A stretch of 61,485 nt of DNA, filler included, from Rhabdomonas costata (GCA_019059605.1; 23 parts of 23 records of this genome joined end to end with filler, not necessarily neighbours in it), one strand, 5' to 3'. Shown: positions 49,561-61,485, counted from the first letter of the whole stretch. The notes: generated from the sequence alone by a model not told the origin. Made by a program: numbers and translations.

Positions 49561-49795
49561 AAGTATAGGACTAGGGTGTTGGGACTGGAGCAGGTGAGGC
49601 GGAATGAGGGGCGCCTGCGGGGTGGGGGTTCCCTCCGAGGCTCGATTCCCCTAGGGGCCCGGTATGGAAGCCCTAGACGTCCTATTGTGGTTTCTTTCTA
49701 TTACTTATACCCATGTGATATCGATCAGCGCCACTTTACTGGCCAAGTGTTGTTGTACTCCATATTAAAAACTACAGGGATTCCTCACGGCTTTG

Positions 49796-49796
49796 T

Positions 49797-49829
<33 letters not shown>
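49796..49829 (+). repeat. (CT)n microsatellite
   Basis: Near-perfect CT run read directly. Confidence 0.9.
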
Positions 49830-50911
49830 CTGTGAGCGGCTATGTGTTTAGGCTTTACAGCAACAAATCACTAATGAATTCTCCAGCACGTAAATGTGAA
49901 TGTCTTCTTTGATATTAAACCACGTGCTGCGCTGCGTCACAGTTTCGAGCAACACCCATTCTTGGAATAAAGTACCAAAACGATTGCGAAATACAGAGGA
50001 ACATCACAATCATTGTAATGCATGGTTCTTCACGAGCCACGTAAGAAGCAATTTCTGGCGGACTGGTCATCCGAAACCAGAAGTTATGTTGGACGCGATG
50101 CACAAGCACCTGACTTTTACTTATGCAAGACAAAGGACTGTGCGGAGGCTTGTGAGCCTTGGCAAGCATTCTAAAAAAAAAGCAACTTCAGAGAGACGTC
50201 ACCTTTGCTGGATTCAAGCACACCAAAATCCCACATCACTCAGGGAACACAATATTGGAGAGCAACGACCAAAACCCACAAAAATCCACACCAGCGCAAT
50301 TGCCCATTGCAGCTGGTGAGAAAGCTGGTGATGTCCAATGGAAAAGATGAGAAACACCCAGGGCTTCCTCGCATCTTGATAACTAGAAAATAGACGTGCA
50401 AGTTTTGTAAGCTGGGGCGCGGCCAAAAGCACCAGTGGAAGTGCGATGATTGGGCGCGATTCCAAAGGGTGACGGAGGAGAGGATTTCAAAGAAGCACAA
50501 CGAACAAGAAATGCATCTCAAGCAAAGGCGGTCCCGTTCACACAAGAAAACAACGAAAAGCCAGGCAACGCCAGACCCAGCAAGAGTACCTGTCCAAACT
50601 TGCAACACAACACAAAAGAGATTGACTTCCTAACAGAGATGGCAATCAAGAGCAACATTCAATATTTACGTTATTACACAACGACATCACAAAGAACTTT
50701 AATAGACTTTTCGACGCCTGGGACAACGACACTCTGCCAAAACTGCAGCAAGGTTTTTGGGGTACGGACATCACCGGAAACCNNNNNNNNNNNNNNNNNN
50801 NNNNNNNNNNNNNNNNNNNNNNNNNNTTAATTAATTAANNNNNNNNNNNNNNNNNNNNNNNNNNNNNNNNNNNNNNNNNNNNTTTTGTGGGGACAGCGCC
50901 AGCTCCTCCAG

Positions 50912-51188
50912 GGTGAGGGAATATCTGCAGGATCACCCTGAGCTGTACTCCAAAGAGGGGCTGCTGCACAGCCGCACGCCCGAGCTGGCGCTGTCCCCAG
51001 AAGTTCGGAAGTACATCTACGACACCAAGCTGTACCACCGCAGACCCACCAGTGGGAACCTGGTCGAGGGGTTCCGCAATGTCTTTGGCACCAGGGTGGC
51101 CTCTGCGCTAGGGCGGGGCTGGCCGCTCTCCGACGACGCCAAGGCTAAGGCGACGGCCAAGCTCGGTGAGCTGGGGATTAAGATCTAA
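50912..51188 (+). CDS. Hypothetical protein, terminal exon
   Basis: ctcctccag|G GTG AGG..VREYLQDHPELYSKEG..KLGELGIKI TAA, strongly GC3-biased. No family recognised. Confidence 0.6.
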
Positions 51189-53685
51189 TATCGGCCCTTG
51201 GCCGGGAGGAATGGATGTATGGAGAGCTGCAAAATCACCGCTTCACCGCTTTTTATCTGTTTGTTTGCGATGTTTGTCTTTTCATTTCGTTTGCTGCTTT
51301 GCCAGATCTGCGCACGTTCTCATCCCGAAGCAGGACCTTGGTTTCCAAGGGATCCATCTTGGCTTGGAGGCACCTTTTGTCTTGTGCGAAGCCAACGTTT
51401 ACAAAAGAAATGAAGTCCGACGGTGGTGCCCTTCGTCCCTGGAAGGGGGCTCTTTGCATGCGAGTGCGCTCGTACTGCTGTGAGTTGGTGTTGGTTTGTG
51501 GGCTTTGCTTTTCGTCTTGCTCTTACCTTCATGGAGTCCAACTTTGTGCTTAGGCTCTGATGAGCTGTGCCGAACGCCGGGCTTCTTCAGGGTTGGGGTG
51601 GGGGTGGGGGGGTAAGAAGTGAAGACAGCCATCGGCCTCACACGGCCCAATCTGCGAGCCAAAAGGAGATCCAAGCGAGGGCAGAGAACACCCACCTCTG
51701 CTCGCTTTCGTAGAAAAATCTTAAGACTTGTGTGTAATGTATCCTTCGCGGTCTAAAATGTGCGTGGGGCACCATTGTAAACAGTGGGGTGATGCAATGG
51801 CGGCGCATTTTGGAATGCGGAGAGCTTCAACAGGGTAAAACAGGGGTGAAGTGATTATCCGCTTCGATGTTGCAGGAGAGCGTGGGCGTCAGTTTGAAGA
51901 ATGGGAAAAAGGACGCTTCCCTTACCTACCTAAGGTCTTAATGCTGGAGGGAGAAAGCGAACTGGGCCCACACTGGGATGTAGCAAATATTATCCGGCAA
52001 TATACGCCTGATAGCATCTGGTGATTACTGGGATAGCAAGCACCACGCAATCTCAAAGCCTCCAAAGAAACATGACACGAATACGATCTCAACGTTTTCA
52101 TTTTTTCTTCTTGAGCATTTTGAGGAAGTGAGTGGGAGGGGAGGTGGGGGGAAGGTGAGGAGGCACCAGTGAGCCCTGCAGGGTCCCCGTAGTGGAGGCC
52201 CAGGCCAGGCCCGGTCGGAACCCGCGGAACGAGGGGCTGCGTGTACACATCTGAGCGGTGGCAATGGAATTAACGCGGAGGTGACCCGGCCACTTTCATC
52301 CCGTTCACTTTCTGTTGTCGGTCTCTTTGTGGTGTCTTTTGAGGGAGAACATGGAGAAGCATGCCCCGATTGGACCCTTCCAATAACGTTCTTTTGGAGG
52401 GCCCTCGCTTGCGGTGAAAAGTGCGCAGCCTCTCCGACATCCGCTACAAAAAACGTACCGCCCGATCGCGCACGCTCTAGTCCTTCTCACGCCCGCAGGT
52501 ACGCCGTGTCAACATCCCGTCACAACTTTTGCAAGACAACCCCTTTGCCAAAGTAACTGGGGCGGCTTGCAATGCTCGCATCCCCAATCTGGTTTCGCCT
52601 TTCCGCTTCGGATCCACGTTTTAAGGACAAAAGGTTTATAGGGGAATAAATCCAGTTTAGAATTATTCATAAACCTGGTAGTTCTCTTCTGATTGGATGA
52701 CTTTCAAATATTGGAAATATAAATTGTGTATCAGGTTCTATTCTTTTTGACTTATGTGAAAGTGCTAAGCAAAAACCAACATTTTAATCGTCAAATTTCG
52801 GATTTTGTAAGTTCTTACAAGCATTAAAATGAATTTATTTATGATTAGGCCTTTGAGCCCAAAAATTCTTGGTTTTTTATCTTCCAGTCTCAAGATTGGT
52901 ATTTTACATTCGCAGTGATGAAACTGTCGCTTTGTGGGTAAAAAAACTCTTTTAGAAACTGCAAACCTAAAGAAGATTTGAATCCAGGTGTATAGCATGT
53001 TTTAAACAGCGTTTGATAGAAAAGCTCTTTTGATTTAAAACATCGATTATTGTTCAACGTCGATATCAACACAGTCTAGAAACTCGAATGTGTTTTTCAA
53101 GCGGGCCGGTGTGTATATCGGCCATTTATTTGCATTTTTGCGCGCTGATATGTGAGGTGTGGTGATCGAGCGAGGTGGCTTGCGCAGGAGTGGAAAATGG
53201 GGGGGGAAGGAAAAAACGGTGGATCTGCAGGGAGGAACGGGTTGGCTGGGCTGTAGCGCTGCATTGTCGGGAAGTTTTCGGTGCTGGTTTGGAGGACAAA
53301 AGGCGCGCTGCAAAAACCCAGATGACATAAATACACATCGGAACTACCTTTGCGGAGGTGTGAAGAATGTGAGTGGGTCGCGCCTGTCGGTAGAGCAATA
53401 GCAGGGCAACTCGTGACTCGGGCCTCGCCTTTGCGAGTGGATTCTCGACCCAAACACCCNNNNNNNNNNNNNNNNNNNNNNNNNNNNNNNNNNNNNNNNN
53501 NNNTTAATTAATTAANNNNNNNNNNNNNNNNNNNNNNNNNNNNNNNNNNNNNNNNNNNNTTGTTTTGGTCACGTCATATGAAGGCACTGTTTTGTGAGCA
53601 GCTCTGTTCTGGCTTTGCTCTGCTTTCTTACCGGGAAGGAAAAGATGGAGGTGGCCTCCTTCTGCTGTCAATGTGTGGGACGTAG

Positions 53686-54342
53686 GGAGTCAATATGGAG
53701 GTCTCGGGGCGGTGCAGCCTGGGTGTGGACCTGGGCCCGACCTTCCGAACCCTGGCTGGGGACCGGTCTACGCAGCTGATGCCTGCGCTAGTGGGGCCGC
53801 CTGTGATGGAGGCTGAGCGGGTATACATCGCCCCCCTCCCATTCCAACGTCCGCCGACGCACTGGCGCGCCTTTTTCTTTCTTTGGCCCATTAAATAACG
53901 TGCGTGCAAGTGAGAATTCTAAGCCAAAGGAGCGCTGGCACAGCATGGCACCAATGGAATTGGTGATGAATGAATTCTCGCGTTCTCCACTGGTTTCTTA
54001 TCGGGCTTGAAATACCCTCCTTCAATGAAAGGGCAAACTGCAATAAAAAAATTGGGTCCGTTTTCGCTGCTGTGTGTTGCTGCATGGTGCGGCTCAAATG
54101 GTCCCTGGCTGTTTGCTCTTTGCTCATTTTCTCCATGCGTCCTTCGCTTTCCTTCGTTCGTGCAGATCTTCGGGATCGCCTTGGGGTGTGGTGAGCCAAT
54201 CCTGCTCTCCCCTGCCGTGCAGCAAGCGGTCAGCAAAGTGCGGTTTACCCTCCATCCCTCGGAGAAGACAGACGGGGAGCACTTGTTTGCCCCTTCTTTG
54301 GGCCATGCCGCCCCGCCCAGTGCTGAGCTCTTGCCGCGGTGA
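53686..54342 (+). CDS. Degenerate class III cyclase-like C-terminal half, last two exons
   Basis: 53686-53820|gt and ag|54166-54342 (stop) give SLGVDLGP..LVGPPVMEAERIFGIA..GEPILLSPAV, spaced like the cyclase GIH.GP..G..VN.A.R....G.IL.S motifs. Confidence 0.45.
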
Positions 54343-55446
54343 GGGCGTTTGGACGCTTGCTCGTGGTCTTGGACCGTTTCCGTGCATGGTGCATGTGCGT
54401 TCTTGTGTGTTCTGAGGTCCAGCACGCATGAGCATTGTTGTGCCTTCATGTCTTTGGAAATTGGTGGAGGGAGGGGGGAGAGTTGCTGCATTCTGGAGGT
54501 GACATACCCTTAGTGGCATTTCGATTCTCAATGACTTTTCCTTTGTTAGTTAGAGCCGCCCAAGGGCACCACAACCGGCCGAGGGTGAAAGGTAAGAAAA
54601 TTCCGACCCCAAGGACCGGCCACGCAGCGTTTCGGGAGGTCTGTTGTATATACAAAAGATCCCAGGCATGCTTTGGCCTCTGTTAGATAGTTTATTTTGT
54701 GGTGCTTTTCCTGACTCCCGCGATGTTAAGATGTCAAAATTCACACCCAGGTCGCGAAGAAGATCTCTTACCAAACTTCTTTCTTCCAAAAAAAAAAGCT
54801 CAGCTTTCGCGTTATCGTTAGACCTCTCATTTATGAGTGTGGCCCATTTCGGGGCCGTGTTTGCAAAGGCATCGCAGTTTGTTTATTTTTTCAGATAAAA
54901 ATAAGCATGCCGCGTCATGCCAGGATTGCGTGACGAAAAGGCCTGGTCCTTTCTGCTGCCGATGTTGTGCCTTCTTTTATCGTTTTTGGGGTGCGACACG
55001 CGATCCCTTGATTCGCTTGCATGCTATTTATGCGAATTGCCTGGGCCCCCAATTTTCTAGGGGTAGGTACATGTGTTGTGTTGTGTTGTGTTAAACTCTC
55101 CTCCGCTGCTTGAGGCAAGAAGTAGCGCAAAACGTTTACGAAAGAGCGCCAAGAAGTGGCAGCACTCTACACTACCAGTCGAGGGTGCAAGGTTCAAGGA
55201 AACCTTGACTACCAAGGACTGGCCACTTAAACCTTTTAGCACTCTGCCAGTGTGATTCCGGTGTCCCTTTTTTTTTTCGCGCAAAGATCATTCTTGTAGA
55301 GTTTCCTTCTCTCCATACCGTGGCCGCTGCCACCCTCTGCTTGCACTTGCCGTGTTTTGCTCCCGTTCCTCCGGCGCGCGCGTGTGTGTGTGCGTGCGTG
55401 TGTTTGTGTGGACGTGCGGATTTGCGATTGGGGTGCGGCCCCTGCG

Positions 55447-56134
55447 ATGCCTGCCGTGTGCCGGCATTTCTTGCTGGGCCGGTGCAACGTTCCGGACTGC
55501 CGGTTCTCGCACGTTCTGGACGACCCCTTGAATCCCCCTGCAGCTATCCCGCCCTCTGCGCGAGTCACGCCCAACCCCCGGCCCACCCTAACACCCACAG
55601 TCGCAGCGGCGGCAGCTTCGCCGAGCGTCTGCCGGCACTTCCTACAGGGCAAGTGCAACTACGGTGAGGCATTGTGCTGGTTGGGTTGAGATGTTGGGTT
55701 TTGTGATTCAAAGAGGTTGTAGGGGTATCAGGACCCACTTGTGGCACATGCCCATGTGCAGCAGTATCGCAGGCAGAAGTAGAGTTGAAGAGGTGCGTGA
55801 GCACTGAGCAGCAAACGCAGACTGGGCGAGCGCAGAGGTTGGAGCTCCCGCGGTTGACTGGGCCATTCCCAAAGAACCTCCGCCCAGCAGCACAGGAGTG
55901 ATCCTCACTCCTCTTTAAAGAGGTTGGGCAGCGGGAGAATATTCGAAACCGCTGTAGGTATATCCGACCTCCACCAAAGCAATGCGTTGTCCACGCAATT
56001 GTTTCTGGGTAGGTGCGCAGTGTCGCTTTGCTCACCCTGGCCAGCCTGTGGCCCCCGACCCCAGCGCCGCGCTGGCCGCAGTAGTCCCTCCTGCACAGGC
56101 GTTCCACGGTGGCGCCCCTGCCCTACCCCCACAC
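55447..56134 (+). CDS. Tandem CCCH zinc-finger protein, 5' exons
   Basis: 55447-55663 (VCRHFLLGRCNVPDCRFSH..VCRHFLQGKCNY G|gtgag) and 56013-56134 (ag|GT AQCRFAH); splicing completes the second C-x7-C-x5-C-x3-H finger. Confidence 0.88.
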
Positions 56135-56791
56135 NNNNNNNNNNNNNNNNNNNNNNNNNNNNNNNNNNNNNNNNNNNNTTAATTAATTAANNNNNNNNNN
56201 NNNNNNNNNNNNNNNNNNNNNNNNNNNNNNNNNNGAGGACGCTCGGGAAAAACTCGGCACCACCCCGCAATATGCTGCAGGAAGCGCGCGCGGCGCAGCA
56301 CAAATTTTTTGGGGTGGAATAATTTGTATAAGAGAAGGAAGAAAAATCCGCGCCGCCTCAAAAAGTGAATTTCGCAGGCCTTTTCTGACTAAAAAGCAGT
56401 GATGGGTGTTTTCTATAGCTTCGGGCTGGAGGATTCCCATCAAGGACGCAGAACTTGGGCCTGTCCCTTTTTGTATGCCATCCTTTTTCCCCAAACGGGT
56501 CCCTGCAAGGGTGTTGCTCAGTTTCAGCTGCACCTTTCTCTGGTAAAAGACAATGCTGGGGCCACCTAATAAATCCCTGGGGAGACGATGCCATCAGTTG
56601 CAGCTGAGGCCACAGAAAGCATTGAGAAGCACCAACAAGTCACCAACATCAGCACGGGCAGACGAAACTGGACCTGACAGCAGTGCGTTCGAGAGAAATG
56701 GCTAAAAAAGCTTTTCCCGAAGGAAAGATTAGCGTCCGATAAGACGCACGCATGCATGCAGGAATGCCTCTACCCGGCAGCTCGTGACTAC

Positions 56792-58360
56792 CTCGTTGAA
56801 GGGGTTGGAAAGGTCATCTTGGCCCCCAATGACGTAGGCCCGCGACCCCAGCACCGCACAACCCACGGCACTTCGCTCTGAACGGAAGGCCGCAGTGGTA
56901 CTCTGTGTCCACGACAGCCCATCCCTGCTCCACAGCACATCGTTGAGGAGGTTGTAGTAAGTGTTCCTCCCGGCGATCATCAGGAGGACATCCCCGAAGG
57001 ACATTGTGCAGTGCTCCGTTCGTGAGTAGGCCCCCGAAGGCGTCGCAATGGGCACTACCGTGGCCCAGGAGTACAGCGCTGCGGGCCAGGAACATACAAC
57101 ACCGACAATTCCCAGCCGCAATTCCGCAAGCAGCCCAAACCAAAAGTCACTACATACTACGCTTCGCCTTGATCTGGCTTTCCTTCACTTCCATTCGTGA
57201 CGAAGAAACAAGGCACGACAAAACTTGTCTGCGCACAAATGCAGATTGCGCCGACACCGAATTCGTTTTGTCCAAGCCAAGGAATTAAAAAAAACCACGG
57301 GTACAGTGCGACCCATCAAGTGTGACGTCGTTCAGACTCAACAGCACGAATCAGAAGCAGCTGCACACGTCACAGAGTTTCACATTTCGCTAACTGTAGC
57401 ACAACGAGCTAGACACCACTACCGTCCACCTGCAACCCACGACGGGAACAAGACCCCAGAGCAGCTATCAGAGCCAACGCACGAGGAGAGCCAACTGCAC
57501 TGAACTGCAGCACCCGGTTTGTTCGATTGTGTATGAGAGGTGGGACCGCGACTTTCTTCTTATTTGTGCCGAGAAAAACGTCCCCATCCTCAGCGTGTTG
57601 CAGTTGCCCTACTTCACTGGCACAGGCACACAAACGTGGAGAGGGGCAGAGATTGAGATACGTTGGCAGCATTCATCCAGGGTGCAAGTCGCAGAGCAAC
57701 ACCTCGTCGATGGGTGCGCCACCCCATAGCCCAACGGGCAGTGCACGTCGCTGCCACAGACCCCTGAGATTCGCATAGAAAATCTGAAAGGCCAGCCGCC
57801 AAAAGAGCAGAAGGGTCACCCAACCAAATTACACCAAGTTATCTGGATCACAGGCATCGGCATCATGGCCATCAAGATTCAACAAAAACCAGAGAAGCAT
57901 TGCTAGCAAGGGATGTGGCAGAAAGACTCGCACCCTGCGAGCAGCACCCACTCTGCACCCACGCCCCGCTCGCGGTGCAGGTCAGGTTGCCTCCGCCGGG
58001 GTACCCCGCCGCGCAGTCAAAGCTACAGATCTGCCCATAGGTCGTGCCCGAGGGGCACAGCGGCGTGGCAGAGACGGCCGAAGGCGGGTTGGCAGGGCCG
58101 CAGTCCAAAACTGAGGCGCACAGAGAAAGATAATGAGATGAAAAGACATATGGGACCCTACCACCCACCCTACCACCACGAAAGACCTGTGCAGCTGCCA
58201 CCTCCATCCCATGTGCCGGCCGAGGTGCACGTCAAGTTGCCCCCGCCCGTGAAGCCCGCGGCGCAGCCAAATGTGCAGACCTTGCCCTCAGTCAACCCCC
58301 ACGGGCACACCAGCAGGCGCGCATTGGAGGTGAGAATGGCAGGGGTACCGCAGAATACGT
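56792..58360 (-). CDS. Extracellular protein with two sushi/CCP-like modules, a Cys-rich module and kelch-like repeats, partial
   Basis: Exons 58360-58187 and 58110-57934 (C..C..C.F.CAAG(F/Y).GGGNLTCT..G.W..C), 57763-57662 (VCGSDVHCPLGY..RCCSATCTLDECC) and 57078-56792 (RTEH..LLMIAG..NDVLWSRDGLSW..R....AVLGSRAYVIGG..NE), all joined by GT-AG in phase 1. Confidence 0.8.
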
Positions 58361-60449
58361 CTGAAGTTGAAGGGATTGGGCGCGAGAAGCGGTAAGGCAC
58401 TCCTCGGGAGAGATTTGACGAGACGCGGCCTTTCCTTCACTTGTTGTATATTTGCAACATAATCCAGTCATCGATGGTGCAGAAGGGTGGACGTTCAAAC
58501 AACGTAACGTAGACCGCGCCGTTCTTAGACCACAGTCCAGCGAGAAATGCAGCTCCAACATTATTCAGTTCAGATTGATTATGCAGCATCAGACGGGGAG
58601 CGAGGAGAGGGGAGTTGAGGGGTTTGATTCAGATGTAAAATGAAACCACACACCGAGGTGGGGAGTGCTTTCACCCGCAAATCATATACTTGCAAAGCCA
58701 AAAACTCCAAGCCCTGTTGTAGTGCTCAAAACCGAAAGCTCAGGAGGTTGCTAGCGTTCTAAACACAAACAACACTAAACATGCACACACACTACACGAC
58801 ACACACAAAANNNNNNNNNNNNNNNNNNNNNNNNNNNNNNNNNNNNNNNNNNNNTTAATTAATTAANNNNNNNNNNNNNNNNNNNNNNNNNNNNNNNNNN
58901 NNNNNNNNNNCAAAAATACAGAGGGCACGGCGGGGGATGCAGCGAGCGGATCAAGCAAATGCGACAAATGCAGCAAATGAGTTGATGAAGAATAAAAACA
59001 TCCGACTCAACAAGAATTGTCCCAGGTCAGCTCATATATTTGCCCGTGCGGTGGGAGTGGGAAAGGTGGTACAAAAAAGCGACCTCGGACTCAAGGCCTC
59101 TGGGATGGAAAAATTGCCTCCCATCGGAAACTATGTCAGCTTAATTGCTTCATGTGGATTCGAAGCAAGTTCAGCTGACTTATGGAGGAATACAAGGATG
59201 TTTTCCAGACGTGCGGGTGACCATAGTTTTTTGGTTTTTGCTTCTTACTTTTGATATGGCACGGGCCATATCATTTCACACTTCGTGGGGGCGAGGTGAG
59301 TCAAGTTTGCCAATGAAGTTGACACCGCAGTCATCACTCATTAAGCCAGAAGATCAGCTGCCATGTATACGGACTGGAAGAAGACCCTTGGATCGCTCCC
59401 CTCCCCGCCGCCAGTGAATGGGTGACATCAAAAGGATGAGGTCCGCAGTGCCTGCTCTTAAAAAATCGGCTGGGAAAGTGTACATACCTTGATGGGGCGA
59501 GTGGACAACCTCCTCGCCATCACGGTGGCATCTGCGCGGCGGTGCCGCAACCACAGCACAGAACCGTAAGGGGGGGAGAGTGTCGAAAACACAAAATAAC
59601 CACCACACCTGTGTGTAGAAAAGACGTGTGCGTTGTGGAAACAATGCTGAGAAACACGTCCCACAGAACCAAAATTGGCTGTCACGTCCACTTGCATTTG
59701 TAAGCCACACCCCGAGTAGTGGTGGTTAGCGATCAGGAGGCCGCCACAGTGGTGGCGATTCCGAGAACGGATCACTATATTGGCAACAGTGCTAAATCGG
59801 ACGACTGCTTGTGCCAACATCCTGCTGAAATCAAACAGCAGAAACAAGTTGAACCCGCATATCTAAAATCCCCGCAAAGATAAAAAAAGGAGCATTTAGA
59901 AACGATAAAAAAACAGAAGTCTCGGCTATTTTTTTTTGCGCCTCTTTAGCGCACAGCTTGTGGGAAGGGACTCGTATGGCATTGCTGCCTTGGCAGCAGA
60001 CGCAGCTCTAACCTTCACTTCAACTTCAACGTCACGGAATCAACGTGTCATGGCCAACGTGCTGAATGCAGAACAGGTCTCAACCACCCAGAAACATGCA
60101 AAACATACACACTACAGTAGAAGGCAGACTCATTGGGCCTCATCGCAGGGAAGCCCACAAGAACAAGAACACATGCGCACAGGTCAAAAGGGGCTGTGCA
60201 ACACGCAGCAGCCGCAGAAATACTGGAGCATGAGGCGGTGACCGGCTCAGATGCCACAGGACACCAAATGAGAAGGCAAAAGTGCCCAAATCCTCTGCTT
60301 AATGATAAAACAGCGGCGGTGTCAACCGCGGCGTACTGGATGGCAGAGGGACGCAAGGCAGCCGGCATCAACTGGCGTTGTCAGGAAAGTCGGCTGACAA
60401 TATCCGATGACAGGCATCGCTCCGCGTCGCGCGGCAGGGCCTACACATA

Positions 60450-60508
60450 AGCGAGACACAGACAAAAAACCGTTTTATAGCGAGACACAGACAAAAGACC
60501 CGTTTTAT
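60450..60508 (+). repeat. Tandem duplication of a 29-30 bp unit
   Basis: AGCGAGACACAGACAAAAAACCGTTTTAT followed by AGCGAGACACAGACAAAAGACCCGTTTTAT. Confidence 0.9.
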
Positions 60509-61148
60509 ATACGATGACAGAATTTTGCCGGTAAGCCACCGGTATCTTCAGAAGCGCAGTGGAATGTACAAACAACGTACTTTGCCATGCACTGAGTTTT
60601 CAGGCTAAGCCCTCAACTTTATCTTTACGTTGGTGTCCATGAGGAGTGTGGGTGTGAGGCAAAAGGTTCGAGCTTCTGGAACCGGACTTAAGCAGCAACG
60701 GCGTAATATTCAACATAGGAGGTGCAAGCCATGACACCAAACAAACACAGAACAGAATCAGAAGCAAGATGACCCACAACCTTAAGCAAAAAGGAGAACT
60801 GGGGTGAACAGGTGGGTCAGCTTCTTTTTTTCCGGGTGGGGTGGGGGGTAGGGGAAGGGAGCAACGGAGGTCTGAAGGTATGAGCGAGATGAGCAGATGG
60901 CGTGGTGCGAATTTTAAAATCTACGGACAGAAGAAAAGCTGATGAGTGCAGGCGCGTTCCGCGGAAAGTGTCCTATTTTTTTTTTCAGCATTTCCCCCTG
61001 TGCTTGTGGAAGAAAAGGTGAGGGGAAGAAATGCAACCACCTCAAAAAGAAATATTCACGATTCGCGAGCGATACAAATTCCCAATTTTGTGCGGCTTTT
61101 GTACGCCTTGTGCTATGAAAGCATTCTCGCAGCCCCCCTAACACGCAC

Positions 61149-61373
61149 TTTATGGGATACCCCGCGAAGAGCGGAGGAGGCGGGGGCGAGGTCAGAGCGG
61201 CCAGGGTGGCGGCAGGGTCCTCCCCGCCCTTCAGCAGGTCACTCAGCGCGGCGCCGTGGTACGCAAACCGGGGCGCTGGTGTGACCCCGACTGCAGGAGA
61301 GAGCGCAGTGTCCACCCCGTAGGACTGCACCCCGGGGTAGTGGGGCGACGAGGAGGCCCCCGAGGAGATCGTC
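61149..61373 (-). CDS. Hypothetical protein, internal exon
   Basis: aaag|G ACG ATC..YPI AA|gtgcgt, 225 bp, phase 2-2, GC-rich and Pro/Ala-rich. Confidence 0.35.
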
Positions 61374-61485
61374 CTTTGGTTGCGCAAAGCAGACGGATGC
61401 TCTTTTCAGGAACCTTTTCAGCAGACATTCACAACAAAGGACGGGAATAGCAGAGAAAAGGTCGAGTCCCTTGCACGAAGGCTTT

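Noticed and set aside
2582..58910. Regularly spaced TTAATTAATTAA repeats as a CRISPR-like or biological array
   Set aside because: Always embedded in 44+44 N; it is a synthetic six-frame-stop linker.
60967..60988. AGTGTCCTATTTTTTTTTTCAG resembles the Euglena spliced leader 3' end
   Set aside because: The match is mostly poly-T, the leader's 5' part is absent and no SL RNA donor GT follows.
205..61450. Most ORFs in the supplied track, including those ending in X runs or LIN
   Set aside because: They are antisense or off-frame shadows of GC-rich exons, run through introns, use GTG/TTG starts or read into the spacers.
1..61485. tRNA, rRNA, snoRNA genes and classic euglenid non-conventional (CAG/CTG stem) introns
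   Set aside because: None recognised by eye. GGTTCG hits near 3024 and 60665 lack cloverleaf context. tRNAscan-SE, cmscan and RNA-seq alignment are needed to exclude them properly.

Overview
This window is not one locus. It is 23 unrelated draft contigs of 2573-2581 bp, roughly sorted by length and joined by 22 artificial 100-bp spacers (N44-TTAATTAATTAA-N44). The DNA is from an intron-rich eukaryote with short GC-rich exons and introns of about 75-900 bp. A protist is likely and a euglenid is plausible but unproven. Most ORFs in the supplied track are spurious, so I rebuilt genes by hand from splice sites. Recognisable partial genes: Clp1 RNA kinase (9 exons), Brr2/SNRNP200 helicase, an ABCA transporter, two CRAL-TRIO/Sec14 paralogs, a PAP2 phosphatase, a STELLO/DUF288 glycosyltransferase, PRKRIP1, a DHHC palmitoyltransferase, a C2-domain protein, a CCCH zinc-finger protein, a sushi+kelch surface protein, two degenerate class III nucleotide cyclases, a possible ATM/Tel1 N-terminus and a Tc1/mariner-like HTH. 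The best leads are an apparent GA-AG intron inside the DHHC motif, cyclases missing catalytic residues, a long intronless membrane-anchored P-loop ORF with a shortened Walker A, one-domain-per-phase-1-exon architecture in the sushi/kelch gene, and long perfect inverted repeats at three contig ends. No multi-gene system can be supported because adjacency between contigs is artificial. All family assignments are from recalled motifs, not database searches.
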